A DNA stretch of 56,870 bases, counting the filler, from Platydemus manokwari (lineage: Eukaryota), in the NCBI GenBank assembly GCA_037951405.1. It is 5 parts of 5 records of this genome, joined end to end, with 100 filler letters (N's around TTAATTAATTAA, not from the genome) between each part and the next. Parts side by side here need not be neighbours in the genome. Positions count along the whole stretch, not along the records: positions 46,214 to 56,870 come from JBBMOY011116108.1; 4 more parts are not named here. One strand, given 5' to 3'. Each line of letters opens with the position of its first letter. Position 1 is the first letter of the stretch. This document shows positions 48,906 through 56,870 of this stretch, piece by piece. Below the pieces are notes generated by a model, which had not been told where the DNA came from, ran no database searches, and saw only the letters and a list, made by a program, of their open reading frames with translations. A program made the translations under genes and the position numbers.

Positions 48906-51900
48906 TCACACAGGCCATTTCCATTGATTTGCTGGTGCCTGTTCAATAAGAGGATCCCATGGTTTCCATTGTAAAAATTTTCGAGCCAGATACAGTTCAT
49001 TTTCAGCCTGAAATCATCATCATCAAACTCATTCAACACAAATATTCTCAAATAATCTCTATCAAATAAATTGATGGCTACAATAATGGTGTGAGAATAT
49101 ATTTGTAATAAAATGAAAAATTCATTATTTAGATTAAATTTTTATTTGAAATCGCAATTGGATTTTTATTTTTTATTTTAATCAATCCATAATTATTTAA
49201 TAAAATGAAATTGCTAAATTTGAAATGAATTCAATTTAAATATTCTACAACAATTATATCAACGACTCTATGGAGTTGGTTAGAAAATTAGACGACTCTG
49301 TCATTCCAGATCAATCCCAGTATATCGACAAGCCATTAAAACATAATATAGGCTATTTATTTGTTAAAAATATGTAAATGCGTATTGAAATGATTCAATA
49401 TTAGATACCTAATAAGCCTCACCTTCCTATTTTATTTAAATTCATAGACTCATCTTCTATTTTCATTCAAATTCTGATGGAATAATTTCTTATTAATTCT
49501 ACTTTCTTCATTTAATTCGTTCAACCTTATCTAAATATCAAATGTGGTTTGAGTGATTGATTAAAAAAATGATCCTGAAATGTTGAGACTCAATATTTCC
49601 ATCTAATAATTCTCAAGTTTCGAATAAATTACAACATTTCAGATAGATTTCCAATTCTCGAAATTTTTCCCACATTATAATAGTTCAATTATTATTTTTC
49701 AAAATACAATTCATTGGATCAAAATAAATGATGATCAATAACATTTAGCTTAACAGATTCTTTCTTCAACATTAAATCACCATCAAATCATCCATTTTTG
49801 TTAGACATGTACATCAAAGTTTACCATTCTATAAAAATCAGTGAATTTCCATTTCTTCAGTTTCTGAGTTCATAAGAACATCATTAGGATATTAGCATTT
49901 ATTTGATAATATTGTACTGACATAATATACTTGGATTATCCAGAAATTCTTAGCTACATTAGCAATCTAGATGACTCTGCTATATCAATTTTTAAATTTA
50001 TCCCTTGTTGGTGCACATTTATATCTGTTCCTCAATTCGATATAAGTACTTTACACCGATCTTTATTTTTTTGATTAAAAAATTATCCAAACCCACATTA
50101 CTTATGTACTCCAATTAAAATAAATTGTTATTAATATTATGGTTATATATAATAGAATAATGATATATATTAATCATTTTAAAATGTGAATATCAAACAT
50201 TGAAAATGCAATAAATATAAGATCAAGAATAATTTGATATTAAACAATATTTATTAAACAATATAATCTTTAATTCTGAATTTCGCCATGGATTGCTAAT
50301 TTTGAAATACTTGATTTTATTTCGAATAAATGCGCATTTTTCATTTAGAAGTATTTAAATACTATTTCTACCACTGTACGTTCATAATAATTTGAAAGAT
50401 TCGAAAGAAATACCAAAACTTATTGTTTGAAAACAATAAGATTAATTTAACCTGACTGAAAAAAAGAAAGAATCGGCAACAAAATTGAGAGTTACTGAAT
50501 AAATATAGGGGACGGCTAAAATTTTTTATTTTTCTTATCTTTATTTTATCAAAATCTAAAAAAAATGCAATTTAAAACATTTATTTGTGAAAATCGCATG
50601 TGCAATTATACTAAAACTGTTAGCAAGCCATAACATAGCTTAAACATAATCTCCATCAGCTTCAATGTCACTCTGGAGGTGACGTCTAAAATCTTGAAGC
50701 TTGCTTTTGAACTTGGCCTCCGATGTTACTCCAAATATTATCGAAAATTGTTGCTCACCTTTCCTGAATTTCTGCAGTTTTTTTCAAGTTGATAGCACTC
50801 GTAGTTCCTAAAGATAAAGCAATTCATGAGGTTTGTGTCGGGTGAGTAGGCCGGCTGCTTTAATAGACTCGCAATGTTGTTCAAGCCAAAGTCGAATTAA
50901 TTGTGCTGCGTGAGGTCTGGCATTGTCAGACTGAATGACCATTTCCAAAGCAGGTAGTCTTGTTTGAAAGTTTAAAATCATATCCTACAGGAAGTGTATG
51001 TATCTCTCAGCGTTGATGGATCCAACGTCATGAAGAATTTCGAAATACGTAAGCGGATTTGTATAGTTGCTGGCCACAATAATCAGAACTTTGCGATCAG
51101 ATATTGTCAGCCTAGCAATAGTTGGACGATCACCTGTGTCATCCACCAAAACGCGGTTGCATTATTTTGAAGGTACGTATCGAAAGTAAATCAATTTTCA
51201 TCGATCACAATGATCTTTTCCTTAGCCCTTCTTGCTGAATAAACACCCAACATTTCTTGACAGTAAGTGACACTGATTCTCTTCTTATTATCCATCAGAA
51301 TGTGAAGAACAAATCTACTGCAGTGACTTCTATCCAAGTTCTTGTTTCAACATGCGCCGAACACTCGTTTCTTTAATGTCAGTGACTCTTGAAATGGCTG
51401 GGCAGGTTAAGTGGCAATCTTCTTCAATCATTTTAAACACAATAATCACATTCTTTTCTGCAGTGCTCGTTCTTGGTCTTCTTGAACCTTCTTTTCGCTC
51501 ATAAAGTGTTCGTTTTTCTTTTGCAAGCTCTTTGGTAATCTGCTGTACTCTCCGAAGGCTGACGACGTTTACTGCTCCCCAAATTTCGACAAGAAAACAA
51601 TGAATTTCGGTAACCGAAAAGTTGTTTCGTGTTAAAGTTGCAACGAAGAAATTTATGCAGCATTGCTTTGCCTTCATCTTTCAGGCTCAATCATATAACC
51701 AACTCTAATCGATTTATTTAAATTTAAATCTTGAACTTTCCAGTTTTGTTAATGATCTACCTTAGAAAATTTACCTAAGAAAGATCAACCTAGAAAATTT
51801 TAACTTTGATCTTCAGATATTTTCTTACTGATAAAAAAGAAAATTATATATTTGTCTATTAAATCTTACATAATGAGACAAATTCAAAAATATCAATTTT

Positions 51901-53852
51901 CAGTTTATTTATCTCATAACAAAACATTAATTGATTAGATATTGTTACATTTGACATTCGTTATTATTTTGGTCACAAATTATAGTTTTAATTTATTAAG
52001 ATATAATTGTTACAATATGATGGAAAACAGTGAAAAAATAAAATTCATCATCAATGTAAAAACCTATGGCACCATATAATAGAAAAAATGAGTGCTATAT
52101 AATGAATTGTTTGTATTTATGCTGATCATAATATCAGATTGCTAGTAACACAAACTGAATCTTCAATAAAGTAAAACAACAATTAATTAACTAATTAAAT
52201 TTAATGACAACAAATCAAAATCCAATGATTATATCAACAAATGAATCAGTGATTTTATCGCATCAAGATGGCATAAGAATCTGTTAACGTGAGATTCAAG
52301 ATATGAATAAAAATTAATGGCTAACGTGTAAAATGGTTTGTTATTAATAAATTATTCTCTTCAATCATATAAATATTATCATTGTGATTATAAATATTAT
52401 TTATTCTGGTAACATGGGGAAAAATAACTAATATAATGAGATAATATATTCTGGATAAATACTTAACTGACTTGACGAATGAATAATTTATAACAGTGTT
52501 TACCTCTCGTCATCTTAAAATCTTATTCTAATAACTGGTTAATTTATCACAAAACATAGCGATGACCTCAAGTATCAATAACGGACTTGATAGAATAATG
52601 ATTTACAACAAAAACACCAGAATTATTGAATCATAAATGCAACGTGTTTCATTACAATCCTTAGATATTGTTTAATCTATACAGTGGGTACAAACAGCAA
52701 TCAATTCTAGCTATAAGAACTTCATCAACTTGAACTACTCAACCGTGACTACCATACCCGTGACCATGTAGTTCTGATAACAAACTCATTTATTTCATTC
52801 CATAGTGAAATTCATGTCGCATATTATTTTCATTTTAAATGGTATCATTATAATAAATCAGTAATAGAAAGGAAATCAAAAATAATTATAGAAAAATTAT
52901 CTAAATGATAAAAATATCACTAATAATATTATTATTCTCATTGAATCAAGCTATTTTTAAATATTTGTTCCTGATTAAAAATTATTGAAATACTTTCTAA
53001 TCAACTTGTATCATAGGAGAAATTTTAATATAACATGCCACTGGAGCGTGAAATTTAGTTGCAAAATAATATTTTCTCCTCCATAAATTACAATTAAATC
53101 AAATTTCAGTCCCAATTGAAAGATTTTGTTTTATTTGAAAATTTTTAATAACGAATTGATTTTTCAAGGTAAATCCATCAAAAATAATTTCAATAATACC
53201 CCTACAATATTTTATAATCTCTGTTGCCAGATTATATCAATGCTAGTTGCCAATATAATTGAATCAATTTTTTAATAAAAATTTTATAAAATTAGCTAAT
53301 CAATGTCTTTGGTAAAATTCTTAAAAAACATTTAATGTCATAACTGGTATTAATTTTATCAAATATAAAATAATGTTTTACATTAAAAAGCAAACATTGT
53401 TATAAAAATTAATAAAAACTAAATCATTTAATAAATTTCTGGTGATCTGAATCAAAATAAACACTACCTGAATTATGGCTTCTTCTATTTGACCACTGTT
53501 TAACTGTTTTTCCAATTGCATAACATCGGAAATCTATTTACAAATCATTAACAAAACGTGGTTTTACATTAAGATATATACATTTTTCACAGATTCTAAT
53601 TTATTTTTAATAATATTTTCTGTATGTATTCTATATGACGAATCCGACGGTATTCGTTGCAGGATTCTTAAAGTCCTTTCATATAAAACTTTAAGGCTCT
53701 AAGCTCATATTGAAATTATAATAAAATTCAAAATCCATAAAAATACATGATGGGGATTTTGTGAAACGACTAAACCCGTCAGTCCAGTCGTCTAAATTAA
53801 AGTAAATTTATCAAAATTTGAATTGTGTTACCAGTTTTGTTATTTTGGACAT
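48906..53852 (-). CDS. NDUFA5: NADH:ubiquinone oxidoreductase subunit A5 (B13), 5 exons
   Basis: Exons 53852-53832 (MSKITKL), 53791-53747 ([15 protein letters not shown]), 53698-53582 ([39 protein letters not shown]), 53533-53468 ([22 protein letters not shown]) and 49007-48906 ([33 protein letters not shown]). All introns are phase-0 GT-AG. The ORF track misses this gene. Confidence 0.95.
50506..51700 (-). mobile_element. Degenerate mariner-type transposase inside NDUFA5 intron 4
   Basis: HTH region (ORF 51330-51677, [11 protein letters not shown]), [24 protein letters not shown] and terminal EADGDYV* (~50640), with stops and frameshifts. One TIR-like end TA|TAGGGGACGGCTAAAA at 50506. Confidence 0.88.
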
Positions 53853-55003
53853 ATTTTATATTTTTGTTTCAAATATTAAAAGAATTGGGCAGGTTTAATA
53901 AAGTAAAATATACAAAATTTTAAAAAATTAATTTTTAGATTAAAATTAGTAAACTTTTTTATTAAGTCTTTATTCCTTATAAAATTTCCCTTTTTATCGG
54001 TGATAATCATTTTAACTATTCTAAATTGTTATTTTAAAAATTGATGTCACCAATTCAATAACATGATCAAATTGAATTATTTCACATTTCCTAAAGTCAT
54101 TATCATAGTTGATATCATATAAAAAGAAATATTTATAATATATTTTAATAAATTAGTATTTTTAAGAATTGACTTGTTAATATACTTCATTTCATGATGT
54201 TATATTCTGACTTGAAGCTTGTATCTCAATGTTTAAAATAATTTTAAGTTTAATTGGTCCAATTATCAACAGGAAGAAGTAATTCTTAAATGTGCCATTT
54301 AATAAAATAATTTATTGACAAACTTTTAACTTAACCATTTGAATAATAAACTTCATATGTTTGTTTTATAATTGTTATGCTTTTTTCAAAAAATTGATAA
54401 AATGCACAAAAATGATAAATTATAATTTTCTTTCAGCTTACATAAAAACAATAATCCTTGTCAGTAAAAAAATACAAATACCTATATATACTCTTAAATA
54501 ACTTTGTTGTGTTTATTGTAGTAGTGTCTAAATACTTGATTATAAGATGGATCAAATTACCTTGAAAGTCTTGCGATAATTAATGGAATTGGTTGATTAT
54601 GCTTATCGTATACTCTAGATTAATAAATATTTCACTATAAATTATATTTTGAAAATAATGTCTTCTCCAAAAGGTATATATATATATATACATAATTATG
54701 AACAAATATAAAAAGTATGGATAAAGAATAAAATAATAATTCGATTAATAATATATAATTGTTATTACAATTTCTGGTTAAATAATAGATTTCCTAAAAC
54801 ATAATGATTTAAATTATAATCTCGATAGAGTACACTAATTAAATAAAGAACAATGTTTAAATAAAAATAATTTTGGCAAATAACCAGGAAGAGACAATAA
54901 GTATCATTATTATATAAATGATATTGTTTGTGTTCTATTAATATAGAACTAAATAATTTGAGAGTCCCAGTTGATAAGTATCTTAAAGGTGGTTAGATGT
55001 CTC

Positions 55004-55851
55004 TGTAACCACATGTTGCGTATTATCTAAAAATAAAACTTGAAAATTATAAGTGAAACTATAATATCGCAACAGATATAGTTAAAATCTTATCACAAGT
55101 CAATAATAAATTATCATACAAGACGGGATAAGCACCCGAAAGTCAAACACAGAATAGAAAACAACCACAAAGACTGATTGCTTAAAATTAGGTAAAAATC
55201 AAAAATAGAATGCAGATTATTGACCAAACTCTACAGGTAGTTACTCACGTAATCTAACCTCTTTTAGAGACTTATTGAGTGTGTCTATTTGATGTCCCGG
55301 AGCGTCGTTTGTTATTTTTTGAATTCATTCATACATAGATATCCTTGTAATTTTCCTTGCATCCCTTGGGCGATTGGCAGATATCTAAGTTTGCTGCAAT
55401 TTGTTGGTATTTACCTGTCGTTTTTAACTTCTAAATATGGATTAATAGTATAAAGAATCTGATTGGCTGTTGACAGATGCGTTTAGCGGGTCTGTGGGTG
55501 TCGACCCTTCCTGTAAATCTTTGGATGATTTTGTGACCTACCCACACACGTTTAGATCCTCAGTTTATCGATGGGCTTAAAATTTATTTTAACTCCAGAT
55601 GGAGCGGGTTTGATCTGAAGCTTGTGAAGTGTAGTGGAAATATTAATAAAATAAATTATGTATTAATTACTATCAACAGAAGTTAAAGGCCATTAATTCC
55701 TTTGGTAATTATTTTTAGTCAGAAATTTTGATTTTTTAACTATTTTATAATGGATTTTGTAATATATGTATGTATATGTATTGTTTAAATACTATATATT
55801 TGTGTAATTTTTTGAATTAATAAATATTAATACATACTAATCTTTATCACA
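55004..55851 (+). mobile_element. 5' LTR of a Ty3/Gypsy element
   Basis: TGTAAC...ATCACA ends, AATAAA at ~55819, immediately followed by the PBS TGGCATCACGAGCAG and gag. A diverged homologue lies at 37246-37640. The 5' boundary is tentative. Confidence 0.65.
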
Positions 55852-56870
55852 TGGCATCACGAGCAGATTTAGAGATTGCTCGTTTAATTTTTAAAGAACC
55901 ACGTATTTTCAATGGTGAAAATGTGGAAGAATTTCTTTCTTCAGTGGACGAATATGCAAAAGCCATGCAAATACCGGAAAATTTAAGAAGCAAATTCTTA
56001 TTAAATGACTTAGATCCGTGTGTAAAGTCGGAAATAAAGTCAGATTTAAGTTTCACAGAAGAAAATTCTTGTTGATATATACAAGAAGAGGTCAGCAATA
56101 ACACCATATATGATGGTTGGGACGCTTTATCAACGGCCGTCAGAGTCCATCAAAGATTTTTCAAAAAGAGTAAAAATTTCTGTGACTGGTATTGATATGG
56201 AAAATAAGGAAGTGATATCTAAAAAAATATTCATTAAAGGGCTTCTTAACAAGAGCTACAAATTTGGATTAAAGCAATTGAACTCAAAGAATATAGATGA
56301 AGCCTTCAAACTTATCAAGGAAGACACTGATGTCTCGAAGCCAGAATCCGGAGATTTGGATATGCCGTGGGATCTGAAACACATAAAATCAGATGAAAAG
56401 AACATCATTGAACGATTAAAGGCTGAAAATTTAAGGCTCAAGCAATATATAGCAAAATTAAAAGAGCGTCAAAACTCTTCGAAAATCAGATTGCAAGAGA
56501 AATCAATGGACGACGTAACTTGCTTCAAGTGTAAACAGAAAGGACATTATGCTCGGTTCTGTAAGACGACTGAATGTTTTTGGTGTGGTGGTCCCCATCT
56601 GCAAAGATTCTGTCGTACAGAAGTCAAGGATGTAAAATATTTAAATACTGAAGAAAGAAGCATCACATCAGAAGAGGATAATGTCTCAACTTTAGATACA
56701 CTTTCTGAGAAAGATTGCAATATGTTGGATATGGGTGACTGGAAACAAGTTAAGCCAAAAAAGTCTAGGCAAAATCACTTCAATTCGATCGAAGACAATT
56801 ATGCACAGTTTGTGAATGGGCAAGGAGCTAAACCAAGCCGAAGGTTGTCAAAAGCAGATACGGTTATTAC
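55851..56870 (+). mobile_element. Ty3/Gypsy gag, interrupted by a stop and a frameshift, with two zinc knuckles
   Basis: EPRIFNGENVEEFL (capsid N-terminus), QRPSESIKDFSKRV...IFIKGL (major-homology-like region), CFKCKQKGHYARFC (56521-56562) and CFWCGGPHLQRFC (56575-56613). TGA at 56073. Confidence 0.88.

Noticed and set aside
634-48908. Stop-codon reassignment to explain the many in-frame stops
   Set aside because: Conserved genes end at their expected positions with TAA (FKBP2, HSP90) and TGA (tubulin, NDUFA5, the ShKT protein), and TGG encodes their Trp residues. Decay or sequence error is more parsimonious.

Overview
This is very AT-rich eukaryotic (animal) genomic DNA with tiny GT-AG introns, mostly about 37-52 nt. 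The window is five separate contigs joined by artificial 100-nt spacers (N44-TTAATTAATTAA-N44 at 13020, 25684, 37146 and 46114), so adjacency across the spacers is not biological evidence. Recognisable host genes: ER prolyl isomerase FKBP2; a zeta-type tubulin (delta/epsilon/zeta centriolar module) with an apparent lesion after exon 1; an ENL/AF9-like YEATS gene; the 3' end of cytosolic HSP90; a complete five-exon NDUFA5 whose last intron is inflated to about 4.5 kb and contains a mariner; and a 5'-truncated multi-exon mosaic protein (vWA, many Lys/Cys-rich ~45-aa repeats, three ShKT-like domains, PAN/apple). The rest is transposon debris and decayed coding sequence: three degenerate mariner transposases, mariner TIRs at contig breaks, a pogo/Tigger-type MITE, Ty3/Gypsy RT, integrase and gag fragments, a structurally complete TRIM (LTR-PBS-PPT-LTR) with relatives, a 16-bp minisatellite, local duplications and exon-like frames carrying nonsense codons. 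Inference only: tiny introns, extreme AT content, zeta-tubulin and RFX X-boxes fit a reduced, ciliated invertebrate such as an orthonectid. All alignments were made by eye; no database searches were run.
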